Made by a program: the position numbers and the translations under genes. A DNA stretch of 64,000 bases, from NCBI GenBank assembly GCA_965140445.1, contig OZ223236.1:5142295-5206294 (forward strand), written 5' to 3'. Below are positions 50,867 through 60,107 of this stretch, piece after piece. This DNA is from Candidatus Ozemobacteraceae bacterium. GTDB taxonomy: Bacteria; Muiribacteriota; Ozemobacteria; Ozemobacterales; Ozemobacteraceae. Position 1 is the first letter of the stretch. Each line of letters starts with the position of its first letter. The notes under the pieces are model-generated. The model was not told where the DNA came from. It worked only from the letters and a program-made list of their open reading frames with translations, and ran no database searches.

Positions 50867-51364
50867 GTGAACAAACTTAATATTCGTTTGCCAAAATTGG
50901 TTGAAGCAGCACCTACAGGTGCAGCGGTCCTTGAAAAATTGAAAAAGTCTTCGAAAAAACTCTGGAAAGACGGCATTATAGAGGTTCCCATGTGTCCCTT
51001 TAATGAATCAATTAAATCAGCTTTAGTTGAAGCTCACAAAAACAATAGAATAGGTAGAGGCTTTGAAACCGCAGACAGAAACTTATCAAAAGAAGCAAAG
51101 GGTCTGAAGTTAGCAGATAGTAAAAGCGAAGTTAAACGAGGAGAAAGAGTCTCGCGGCTAATTATTCTGAGCAACGATGGCGCAGAAAGATTTTATAGAA
51201 AAATCGAATCTTTGCTACTTAAACATGGCCCAAGAGTCCTGGCCATGGTAGTTGATGCAGATTCGTCTGAGCTTGGTGGCCTGGTTTATGGCCCTGAGCG
51301 ACTAACCAAATTACTTTTAATAGAACACAAAGAAGCTGTTGCTCAGATACTATTATCCGTTTAA
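50867..51364 (+). CDS. Hypothetical protein, possible L7Ae/L30e-like fold
   Basis: IGRGFE...RLIILSND...SELGGLVYG...KLLLIEH pattern; SD GGAG. Confidence 0.5.
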   Translation: MNKLNIRLPKLVEAAPTGAAVLEKLKKSSKKLWKDGIIEVPMCPFNESIKSALVEAHKNNRIGRGFETADRNLSKEAKGLKLADSKSEVKRGERVSRLIILSNDGAERFYRKIESLLLKHGPRVLAMVVDADSSELGGLVYGPERLTKLLLIEHKEAVAQILLSV

Positions 51365-51377
51365 AGCCTTTTTATAA

Positions 51378-51734
51378 ATGAGTAAAGAAAAAAAATCCAT
51401 TTTCAAACATTTTTTAACCATTTACATTACATCAATCTTAGTATTAGTTGGTCTATGGCTTATTGGTCCCTCAAATGAACATTCTTCTTCGCAAAGCTAT
51501 TCAGGAAAAGTTGTTTTTGAGCCTAAAAGCGAAAGATATCAAGCCCACCACTCGCTACAAATCAATTATAAGGGTAAGTTAACTTCATTTATGATCCTCC
51601 TGAAATCACCGCAAATCCAAGAGTTAATTGAGCAAAATGTTGGGAGAACAATCAAAGTAACTGCAAATCTTTTTTTTAACGAGCCAAAAGACTTTAATAA
51701 AGTCGAAATCCTATCAATAAATAAAATCAATTAG
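51378..51734 (+). CDS. Hypothetical membrane-anchored protein
   Basis: 118 aa; single N-terminal TM and a short beta-rich domain. Confidence 0.55.
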   Translation: MSKEKKSIFKHFLTIYITSILVLVGLWLIGPSNEHSSSQSYSGKVVFEPKSERYQAHHSLQINYKGKLTSFMILLKSPQIQELIEQNVGRTIKVTANLFFNEPKDFNKVEILSINKIN

Positions 51735-51831
51735 ATTGTATCAAATTTGCCCCATCAGCAATAAAAATGTACACTTGAGTTGTATGTAAAAAGTTTTGCA
51801 GGTTTCCAAAATAAAAATAGGAGAAAACTGC

Positions 51832-52872
51832 ATGAAGAGATGCTTACCCTTTACCCTCCTTTTTATCATTTTGACTTTCAATGCAGCTCTCTGTGCTGCG
51901 CCAACAACAAAAATATTCATCCTTCATAGCTACGAAAAAGACCATGTTTGCGGCCAGCCTCAAGAAGATGGCTTTTTAAACGCTTTAAGCGGTGTTCCAA
52001 TTGATCTGGAAACCTTTTACATGGACACAAAAAGGAATCCAGAAAACCAGGAAAACAAAGCCAAAGCTGCGATCGAAAAAATCCATAAATTTCAACCAGA
52101 CATAATTCTAACCATTGACGATAACGCTTTTAAGCTTGTTGGCTTAAAGTTTTTTGACTTTACATTTCAAGGCAAAACAAAGCCAGTTACGATTATTTTC
52201 TGTGGCTTAAATGGACAACCAGAATCTTATAGCAAAATAGCGCCATTTTTGAATTCCAGACAAAAACCAGGACACAACATAACTGGTGTTTATGAAAAGC
52301 TTCACGTACTTGATGCAATTCGTATTCATAATCAGGTATTCGCCGAAGCCAAAGAAATAAGAGTTATAGTAGATAGCACTTCACCTACAGGTAGAGCAAT
52401 AACCAGACAAATTCAACTAGAGCTGGAAAATCAAAATATTACCTGGAGTATGAAAATTGTTGCCAACTGGGAAGAGTATAAGCATGAAATAGAGTCAGCC
52501 AATCAAGAGAAGCAAATCGGAGCTATTTACCCCGTTGCACTGCAATTAAAAGACAAAAACGGATTAACCTATACAGCTCCAGATATTTTAAAATGGACGA
52601 TTGAAAACTCTAAAAAACCAGAATTAGCACTAAATTATGCGTTTTCAAAATTAGGCCTTTTTGGTGGAGCGGCAGTCGATTTCATGAAGATGGGTAATCA
52701 GGCTGGAAAAATGGCGCTAAAAACTCTAGAAGGCAAATCTCCTGGTGAGTTACAAATTGAGAATGCTGAAGATTTCGCTCTCGCCTTCAATATAAAAAGG
52801 GCACAGCAATTGAATGTCCAAATACCGGAAGAAATACTTGCGGCATCCGATATCATTTATAACGATTTCTAA
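51832..52872 (+). CDS. ABC-substrate-binding-like periplasmic protein (sensor partner)
   Basis: Signal peptide; ILHSY, FYMDTKR, PDIILTIDDNA, HNITGVYE, FNIKRAQQL.VQIP; ATG 51832 with SD AGGAG. Confidence 0.85.
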   Translation: MKRCLPFTLLFIILTFNAALCAAPTTKIFILHSYEKDHVCGQPQEDGFLNALSGVPIDLETFYMDTKRNPENQENKAKAAIEKIHKFQPDIILTIDDNAFKLVGLKFFDFTFQGKTKPVTIIFCGLNGQPESYSKIAPFLNSRQKPGHNITGVYEKLHVLDAIRIHNQVFAEAKEIRVIVDSTSPTGRAITRQIQLELENQNITWSMKIVANWEEYKHEIESANQEKQIGAIYPVALQLKDKNGLTYTAPDILKWTIENSKKPELALNYAFSKLGLFGGAAVDFMKMGNQAGKMALKTLEGKSPGELQIENAEDFALAFNIKRAQQLNVQIPEEILAASDIIYNDF

Positions 52873-52881
52873 GGGCACAAA

Positions 52882-53901
52882 ATGAAAGAAAAAAAATTCT
52901 CCAACTTTCTTTCAATAACGATTCTGCTTTTCGTTGGATTACTGCTTTCAGTAATTATTGGAGGAGTTTTCTTTACTTATAAAAGAGCCATTACTCAGGA
53001 ATTCAGAAATCTACTAAAAGCGGATAAGCTAGAGCTTGAAAGCGGCCTCCAAACAAAACTAAATATGGTTCGGTCTACCTTGTTCAGATTAGCCGAAAAT
53101 AATGCTCTGAAAATCAATTTAATGCTTGGTTTAAAAAGTAAAATTAAAAGTATTATTGAGCAAGAATATCCAAGGGGAGATGAAGTTATATTCTTTATTC
53201 GCCCAACAGGCTCAAAGGAATTTATTCCCAAACTGGAAAATAAAAGCCTAAAAGACTATCTTGAAAGCACTTTTAAAGCTAACGAAGCCAACAGCCTAAA
53301 AATCCTGCACAAGGTTGAAAATAAGGGGCTTGTTTCTATTTTTACATCTTCGATACAACGAAGAGATGGAAGCAAGCTCGGAGAAGCGTTTGCTGTTTAT
53401 AACATTGCAAAAGATCCAATTCACTTTCGAAGAAATCTTCACACATCACAACGAAAGATACTCCTTAAAGAAGGAAATGAACTAAAAGAACTTGGAGATA
53501 GCGATTCTCCTCTTTCATTGCCATTAAAATCAACAGTTGCGTCATTTACCATCACCAATGGCTATTTTGTTACGCCTCTAGACCTTTTTAAAGATTTGAG
53601 TCTAAAAAACTCAATTTTCTTCGCCAGCCCATCATCAGAAATGGAAGATAGAATCCATGAATTCACATTTCAATTACTGGTAATCTGCGGCTTAGTTTCA
53701 TTTCTAGGAATCGCATTGTTTCTTGTTATACTTTCTTATCTTGATGAGCCATTAAGCAACATGGCGCAACAAGCTACCAAAATTTCAAAGAATCCGACTT
53801 ACTATCTGAATCTGGAAAAAATAAAGTTCTCTGAATTCAGACAACTTGCTTCAGCTTTCAATCATGTTTTAGATAGTCTTTTAAAGCTCAGGAAATGCTA
53901 A
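52882..53901 (+). CDS. N-terminal (TM-sensor-TM-HAMP) part of a split or frameshifted histidine kinase
   Basis: Two TMs and a HAMP (PLSNMAQQA...EFRQLASAFNHV) ending abruptly; continues in the -1 frame into the next ORF. Confidence 0.75.
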   Translation: MKEKKFSNFLSITILLFVGLLLSVIIGGVFFTYKRAITQEFRNLLKADKLELESGLQTKLNMVRSTLFRLAENNALKINLMLGLKSKIKSIIEQEYPRGDEVIFFIRPTGSKEFIPKLENKSLKDYLESTFKANEANSLKILHKVENKGLVSIFTSSIQRRDGSKLGEAFAVYNIAKDPIHFRRNLHTSQRKILLKEGNELKELGDSDSPLSLPLKSTVASFTITNGYFVTPLDLFKDLSLKNSIFFASPSSEMEDRIHEFTFQLLVICGLVSFLGIALFLVILSYLDEPLSNMAQQATKISKNPTYYLNLEKIKFSEFRQLASAFNHVLDSLLKLRKC

Positions 53902-55445
53902 AAGAAAAGGCCCAGCAAGAACTTGAAGCTTCTGAGCAAAAGTTTGTTCAAATTGTGAAATCTGTGCCTTCTGGAATCCAAATTTACCGCTACCTTGACG
54001 GACAACTAATTTTGATTGAATCAAACCCTGCTGCAGACAAAATACTATCAGCACAGCCTGGAAGCCTGGTTAATAAAGAAATTCAGGAAATTTTTCCAGA
54101 TGAAATAAGCTCTAATTTAAAAAATATACTTGAGAAAAAATCACCAGAATCTACTGATTGGAGCTCCTCCCCTGTTTCTCATTACGACAATGAGAGGCAA
54201 ATTGATCTTGAATTATTTATGTTTCAAATAAGCCAGGATTTAATAACTCTTATGTTTATGGATGTAACGGAAAGAAAGCGGCTAGAACAGAAACTGCAGC
54301 AAGGTGAAAAAATGCACACAGTGGGTCTCTTGGCGGGAGGGGTTGCCCATGATCTAAACAACATTTTTTCAGCACTGGTAAGTCTTCCAGATTTGCTGTT
54401 ACTAGACATTCCTTCAAATAGCCCACTTAGAGAAGATATTGAATTAATAAAACAGTCTGGAGAAAGAGCTGCCGCCATTGTCCAAGATCTTTTAACCCTT
54501 ACCAGAAGAGGTGTTCAAGTTAATGATGTAGTGAACTTAAACGACATAATCCACGATGTTTTAACTGGACCAGAGATCGAAAAGCTTCAGCTCAATCATC
54601 CAAAAATATATATCAATACCAGTTTAGACGACCATCTTTTAAATTTACTTGGGTCAAATGTCCATCTATCGAAAACTATTTATAACCTGATTTCAAATGC
54701 AGCTGAAGCCATGCCGCATGGTGGAAAAATATTCATAGAAACTGAAAATTGTTATGTAGATAGTTCCATTGAATTAAATGAGGATGTTGAAGAAGGTGAC
54801 TATGTAGTATTAAAAGTAGCTGACGGTGGCGTAGGAATATCTCCAGAAGAGATCGGAAAAATCTTTGAGCCGTTTTACACAAAAAAAGTTATGGGAAGAA
54901 GCGGAACAGGCCTTGGAATGGCCGTGGTGTGGGGGACTGTACAGGATCACAAAGGAATCATTAATGTTAAAAGCACTAAAGATATAGGGACCGTTTTTAC
55001 GTTATTCTTTCCAGTAACCAGACTAGAAGCCAAAAAGAAAACAGTAATACCACTGGAAAACTTATTAGGCAATGGGCAGTCAATACTTGTGGTAGATGAC
55101 GTTTTGCAGCAAAGAATCGTAGCGTCCAGAATTCTAGAAAAACTAAATTACAAAGTTCATATAGCTTCAACTGGCGAAGCGGCCATTGAATTTATGAAGG
55201 AAAATAGTGTTGATCTGATAATTTTAGATATGATCATGGACCCCGGTATAAATGGCTGTAAAACTTATGAAGAGATAATAAAAATTCATCCAGGACAAAA
55301 AGCAATTATCGCAAGCGGATTTTCTGAAACAGAAGACGTAAAACTAGCGCAATCACTAGGTGCGGGCCAATATATAAAAAAGCCTTACACCCTGGAAAAA
55401 TTAGGGCTGGCTGTTAAAGCTGCCATCCAAGCAGACCAGACCTAA
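53895..55445 (+). CDS. C-terminal (PAS-HisKA-HATPase-REC) part of the hybrid kinase
   Basis: GGVAHDLNN, NLISNAAEAM, EPFYTKKVMGRSGTGLG, VDD...LDMIM...KPY. Confidence 0.88.
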   Translation: MLKEKAQQELEASEQKFVQIVKSVPSGIQIYRYLDGQLILIESNPAADKILSAQPGSLVNKEIQEIFPDEISSNLKNILEKKSPESTDWSSSPVSHYDNERQIDLELFMFQISQDLITLMFMDVTERKRLEQKLQQGEKMHTVGLLAGGVAHDLNNIFSALVSLPDLLLLDIPSNSPLREDIELIKQSGERAAAIVQDLLTLTRRGVQVNDVVNLNDIIHDVLTGPEIEKLQLNHPKIYINTSLDDHLLNLLGSNVHLSKTIYNLISNAAEAMPHGGKIFIETENCYVDSSIELNEDVEEGDYVVLKVADGGVGISPEEIGKIFEPFYTKKVMGRSGTGLGMAVVWGTVQDHKGIINVKSTKDIGTVFTLFFPVTRLEAKKKTVIPLENLLGNGQSILVVDDVLQQRIVASRILEKLNYKVHIASTGEAAIEFMKENSVDLIILDMIMDPGINGCKTYEEIIKIHPGQKAIIASGFSETEDVKLAQSLGAGQYIKKPYTLEKLGLAVKAAIQADQT

Positions 55446-55450
55446 AAAAA

Positions 55451-56350
55451 CTAGTATCTGAAGATATACTTTGGAGAAGTTTCAGTCTTAAAAGCAGGCC
55501 TGAAAACCATTAATCCCAAACATTTTTTCTGATTTTTCAGATATGAATAAAAATCCTGATCTACAACCCGATTTTGCTTTAAAGAAGCGTGTCGAATCCA
55601 GTCTTTGCCATTTCTCTTAATATAAAAAGCCATATGTGTAACATCCAGGCCTTCTTTATCAGTTACAAAAGCTATAATATCAGCAGATTTTAACTCAACC
55701 TTTTTACTAATAATCACCGACATTGGAAAATAGTGAATTGGCTGCTGTTCAACATATTTCAAAAATGCATCTGCAACATAAAAAGTTCTATTAGTTCCAA
55801 CCTTGTTTAAAATCGTCCTGCGGATTCTGCTTTCAGGGCTGTTCCTGGCAACATTAAACAGGTATCCCTTCCCTTCATTTATGTCTGCCCAATGGGAAGT
55901 AAAATGATTCCTATAATGATTCAATAAAACCTTTCCATTAGCGTCAAACATTATATCTACGAGTCTTGGAAGAAATTCATCTCGATAATCAGACTTTCGA
56001 CAGGACGCAATAGCAAGAACGTGCTCCACATAAGTCATGCAATCAAGATAAGTGAGTCCAGTTTTTAAATATTCCACCGGAAGGGGCTGAGAATTAGTTG
56101 CCTCCAGCTTTGTTACCTTTTTCTTTTGCCTGTTAATTCTTGCACGTGTTTCTGGCCTGTATTTTCTTCCAAGGAGGTATCTTGAAACAAACTCAATACG
56201 TCTTGAAATGGGCAATTTTTGAATTGCTGAAATTAATCTTTCTATCTCTCCACTTGCATCAGCGCAATTAACCTTTATCTCAGCAGCAAAAACCTGTGAG
56301 CAAGAAAAAAACAAAAACACCAACATTGGAAATAACAATATTTTTTTCAA
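55451..56350 (-). CDS. DUF1460 / NlpC-P60-type N-acetylmuramoyl-L-alanine amidase-like protein
   Basis: Signal peptide; LDCMTYVE (catalytic Cys), RNHFTS.W, GLDVTH, HAS. Confidence 0.85.
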   Translation of the reverse strand: MKKILLFPMLVFLFFSCSQVFAAEIKVNCADASGEIERLISAIQKLPISRRIEFVSRYLLGRKYRPETRARINRQKKKVTKLEATNSQPLPVEYLKTGLTYLDCMTYVEHVLAIASCRKSDYRDEFLPRLVDIMFDANGKVLLNHYRNHFTSHWADINEGKGYLFNVARNSPESRIRRTILNKVGTNRTFYVADAFLKYVEQQPIHYFPMSVIISKKVELKSADIIAFVTDKEGLDVTHMAFYIKRNGKDWIRHASLKQNRVVDQDFYSYLKNQKKCLGLMVFRPAFKTETSPKYIFRY

Positions 56351-56362
56351 TGAATACCCCTA

Positions 56363-56908
56363 TTAAAAAGCTTGGGGCTGATCTCTGTGCCCTTCACGAA
56401 TCACCTTATATTCACCTGTCTCAGGATTTAGATCATAAATATTAAAATTGGTTTTTAAATCGAATCCTTCAGTATGAACAGCGAAGTTTACTGATGCGGA
56501 ACCATTTTGCTTGCAGCTTGTAATTCTATGGAAAACATTACAAGGCCAAACCAGCATTGCAGGTCCATCATAGGCTAGTTCGCCATCAATAATTATTTTA
56601 TTAGGTGTAACTTCAACATTTACAACTTTTTGATGTTGGATGCTATAAATATCAACGTAACGTGTTCCACTTAAAACCATCAAATTATCGGCCTGGTAGG
56701 GATGCATATACCATGGTCGAGAAACATCACCCACCGGACCTGGTGAAACTGCACCAGTAACATGCAAAACTCTGTCAATTGCATCTATTTTTGGTAAAAC
56801 GCTTTGATCAAGACAATCAAAATTAACCCCTGGAGTTCTTCTCAAAACTCGTAAAGGAATGATTTCATAAAGACCTTCTATTTTCTGTAAAACTTTTGTG
56901 GCTGCCAT
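56363..56908 (-). CDS. Conserved hypothetical protein, cupin-like
   Basis: RRTPGV.FD, DRV.H..GA.SPG, WYMHP.Q.DNL.V..G.R, VFHR; SD AGGAG. Confidence 0.65.
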   Translation of the reverse strand: MAATKVLQKIEGLYEIIPLRVLRRTPGVNFDCLDQSVLPKIDAIDRVLHVTGAVSPGPVGDVSRPWYMHPYQADNLMVLSGTRYVDIYSIQHQKVVNVEVTPNKIIIDGELAYDGPAMLVWPCNVFHRITSCKQNGSASVNFAVHTEGFDLKTNFNIYDLNPETGEYKVIREGHRDQPQAF

Positions 56909-56977
56909 AAGAATCTCCTACACTGACAAATTCATTATTAATTTTTTCGCTATAAAATATCTTCTGTATAGAAGTAT

Positions 56978-57808
56978 TCATTCTACCAGAATAATCAAAT
57001 TCCCAGGCTCACCAGCCCCATCTGTAACCGCAATCAAACGGTCTTTTGAGTCAAAACAAATTCCCTCAGGTCTGCCTCCATCCGATTCTGGAATAGCTAT
57101 TTCCCTGATAAAAGTAAATTTTCCCAGATCATTATTTATATCCATTTTCGTTTCAAGGATCTTCCGAGATTTTCCTGAGAGCAATAAAAGATGTCCGGTT
57201 CTTTGATCTACCGTTAAGTCTGAAAGATTCTTAACTTTTGATTTCAATTCATTTGAGAGTTCTCTGGAGGCAATCATTTTAAGCGACGGCAACTCAAAGA
57301 GTCCAAGAAGCTTTGGGCTTTTCTGGTGTATTGCAAGAAGCATATCTCCTTGTCTTGAGCCAATTACATAGATTCCTTCCCAGCCTTTATTTTGGTCATC
57401 AGTCATTACCGGAAGTTTTCCAAGCAATTCTGGCTCTCCAAGAGTCAAAGAATCTTTGGTGGTAGAAATGGGAAAACTTATGATTTTACCCTTTTGCTCA
57501 GATAAACAATAAAGGGTTTTCTTATCTGTAGAAAGTGAAATTCCTTCTAAATCTTTTAAGAATTCACAGTCCTTGGAACTTTTGACAAGCTTGCTTTCAT
57601 ATTTGTCATTTAAAAGGAAAATACCCTTTTCATCGTCAACGGTTAGAAATCTACCATCCGAAATACTAACAATCGCGCTAGCTTCTAAGACATCAATTTT
57701 ATGGAAAAGTGCCTGAGCATCCGATATCAAAGGCAAAAAGAAAATCAAAAAACAGATTTTTAAGACAACTATCAGATTCCTAAAATTAGTATACAAATCA
57801 ACCTCCAA
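56978..57808 (-). CDS. SdiA-regulated (YjiK-like) beta-propeller protein
   Basis: EASAI, DLEGI, NKGWEGI, LSDLT.D..TGHLLLLS..S, PEGICFD repeats; TTG 57796 is an alternative start. Confidence 0.8.
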   Translation of the reverse strand: MEVDLYTNFRNLIVVLKICFLIFFLPLISDAQALFHKIDVLEASAIVSISDGRFLTVDDEKGIFLLNDKYESKLVKSSKDCEFLKDLEGISLSTDKKTLYCLSEQKGKIISFPISTTKDSLTLGEPELLGKLPVMTDDQNKGWEGIYVIGSRQGDMLLAIHQKSPKLLGLFELPSLKMIASRELSNELKSKVKNLSDLTVDQRTGHLLLLSGKSRKILETKMDINNDLGKFTFIREIAIPESDGGRPEGICFDSKDRLIAVTDGAGEPGNLIILVE

Positions 57809-57964
57809 CCGACTAATTCAGAAAAAGCCACCAAGTTTTTCAAGCAATATCTTCTGCCTTTCCTATTGCGCATTTTCAAATGATATCCGCATTAGGTGAT
57901 TTCGTCAATCGCAGCAATCTTTTTCCCGCATTGGAACTGCATTCTATAGATCAAGCTAAAAACA

Positions 57965-57992
57965 AAAAGGACCGTCTCTTATGAGACGGTCC
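57965..57992 (-). terminator. Intrinsic terminator
   Basis: GGACCGTCTC-ttat-GAGACGGTCC with a T run on the minus strand, just after the stop at 58017. Confidence 0.85.
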
Positions 57993-58016
57993 CTTCGCTT
58001 TTCAATTAATTCGGAA

Positions 58017-58544
58017 CTAATTCAATTGCTTCCATGTAGTTGTAAGCTTGTTAGTTCTTGGGTGCCAGATAACGATATAATGACGTCCCTGTGCTGTGAA
58101 GTGGAATCTTACCATTGCGCTATCAAGGTTTGCTGATGGAATGCTAAGTTTCTGAGAGTATTTTACATTGTTATCTCTGCGATGATCTCTATCATCCTTG
58201 ATAAAGGAAAAGTCTCTATTCAAATTTGCATTTGACTGAATCCAGCGCACCTGTTCACGGTTGTCGATAGCAGAATCAATATAATCCACATTCTGAAGAA
58301 TTACTTTTCCATCAAGACAGGAAATATCATATCTGATTCTATCAACTTTACCACTGTGATCCCAACCTAATTTGAGATGATTAAATTTAATTTTCACCTG
58401 GGATTCCAGCCAAAGAGTCTGGCCAACAGCAGTATCACCCTGCAAATGTACAATTGCATTGTTGAGCGTGTGAGTTCCAGCAGACAACATTGAAGTAAAT
58501 GCAAAAACTGCAATTAGTAGAGTAAAAACGATTCTTTTTTTCAT
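58017..58544 (-). CDS. Hypothetical secreted protein
   Basis: MKKRIVFTLLIAVFAFTSMLSA signal peptide; ATG 58544 with SD GAGGGG. Confidence 0.7.
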   Translation of the reverse strand: MKKRIVFTLLIAVFAFTSMLSAGTHTLNNAIVHLQGDTAVGQTLWLESQVKIKFNHLKLGWDHSGKVDRIRYDISCLDGKVILQNVDYIDSAIDNREQVRWIQSNANLNRDFSFIKDDRDHRRDNNVKYSQKLSIPSANLDSAMVRFHFTAQGRHYIVIWHPRTNKLTTTWKQLN

Positions 58545-58811
58545 ATAATTTCCCCTCGTGTTTAATTTAAGAACATAAATAAAATATACATAAGAGCATT
58601 CATTCGTCAATTTTTTAAACTTCTTAACGGTACTTTAACAAACAAAAATGATCGTAGAGAGACAAACTTGGGTTACTGGTAATATTTACAGAAGATTTTT
58701 TTGGGAATCCATTGCTAATTAATATCAATATTGTGTAGATTAACCAATCCTGTATTTTTGTTGCCCCAAAATGCACATCTATTAATTCTGATTAACCAGA
58801 GGAACAAAGCC

Positions 58812-60107
58812 ATATCTACGCAAAATAAAATTCATATAGTAAAAACTGAAGCACCAGCGGTTCTAGGACTGGCAGTTCAGACTCCTTATCAGGAAGATTC
58901 AGAAACTGAAAATTCACTTATTGAACTTTCTGAATTGCTAAAAACCCTCGGAGCAAAAATGGTTGATAAAGTTATTCAGAAAAGAACTTCTTCATCAAGA
59001 GCAAGCTATTTTGGCAAGGGAAAGATAGATGAAGTAAAGGCGATTGCAGAAGATTTAAAAGTTAAGTATATCGCTGTGGATGATGAATTAAGTGCTCTGC
59101 AAATAAAAACAATTGAAGCCAGAACCGGTCTGCCAGTAAAAGATAGAACTTCTATTATTCTTGATATCTTTGCTGCCCATGCTTCAACTCGTGAAGGAAA
59201 ACTTCAGGTTGAACTGGCAAAACATCAATACCAACTTCCAAGACTTTTGCGAATGTGGACCCATCTCGAAAGGCAGCGCGGGGGTATTGGCTTAAAAGGT
59301 CCTGGAGAAACCCAGCTTGAAACAGATAGACGCATTCTCAATATAAAAATAAAAAAGCTAAATGAAGAACTGGAAAAAGTAGCAAAAGCACGTGAACTTC
59401 AGGGAAAAAAGAGAAATGACAGATTTGCACCCCTATTTTCTCTGGTCGGGTATACCAATGCAGGAAAATCAACCTTGCTAAACCAACTATCAGGAAGCAA
59501 TGTTCAAATGTGCGATGGACTTTTTACTACACTTGACCCAACCGCTCGAAGAATTGAACTTCCCAATGGCCATTGGTGCATAATGTCTGACACGGTGGGT
59601 TTTATCAGAAAACTCCCACATGGTTTGGTAAAAGCATTTAAAGCAACTTTAGAAAGCGTTGTTCAAGCAGAGGTTTTGGTGCTTGTAAGCGATGCTTCCG
59701 ATGCTGGATTTAGAGATCATTTGAATGCAGTTGATGAAGTTCTGGCCCAGATTGGGGCTTCGAACCATGAGAAAATTTATGTTTTCAACAAAATAGATAA
59801 AGGACTCTCAGTATCTGAAGAACTACTTAGGTCATCTTACCCGGATTGCGTATTAGTCTCGGCAGCAACAGGTGAAAACATAGATGTCTTAAAAAATAGA
59901 ATCGAAACAATTATGTGCAGGAATAGAGACACTATAGATTTAGAGCTCCCAATAGGCTCACCACTTCTTGGCGAAGCGATGAAAATAGGAAAAATTATCT
60001 CCCAGGAATGGGGAGACGGTGTGGTTAGCTTAAGGGCAGAGCTGCCAAAAAGCTTTATCTCTATGCTAAACAGTCAGCAGAAAAGCCACGAAGCAACGCT
60101 TCCTTAA
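58812..60107 (+). CDS. hflX: Ribosome-splitting GTPase HflX (start uncertain; ORF open from 58731)
   Basis: YFGKGK, DR..IILDIFA.HA.TREGKLQVELA, GPGETQLETDRR, GYTNAGKS, FTTLDPT, DTVGFI, NKID, VSA. Confidence 0.95.
   Translation: MSTQNKIHIVKTEAPAVLGLAVQTPYQEDSETENSLIELSELLKTLGAKMVDKVIQKRTSSSRASYFGKGKIDEVKAIAEDLKVKYIAVDDELSALQIKTIEARTGLPVKDRTSIILDIFAAHASTREGKLQVELAKHQYQLPRLLRMWTHLERQRGGIGLKGPGETQLETDRRILNIKIKKLNEELEKVAKARELQGKKRNDRFAPLFSLVGYTNAGKSTLLNQLSGSNVQMCDGLFTTLDPTARRIELPNGHWCIMSDTVGFIRKLPHGLVKAFKATLESVVQAEVLVLVSDASDAGFRDHLNAVDEVLAQIGASNHEKIYVFNKIDKGLSVSEELLRSSYPDCVLVSAATGENIDVLKNRIETIMCRNRDTIDLELPIGSPLLGEAMKIGKIISQEWGDGVVSLRAELPKSFISMLNSQQKSHEATLP

Noticed and set aside
57868..57943. Repeated (C)GCATT words in an intergenic region
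   Set aside because: Short and irregularly spaced; not a CRISPR or iteron array.
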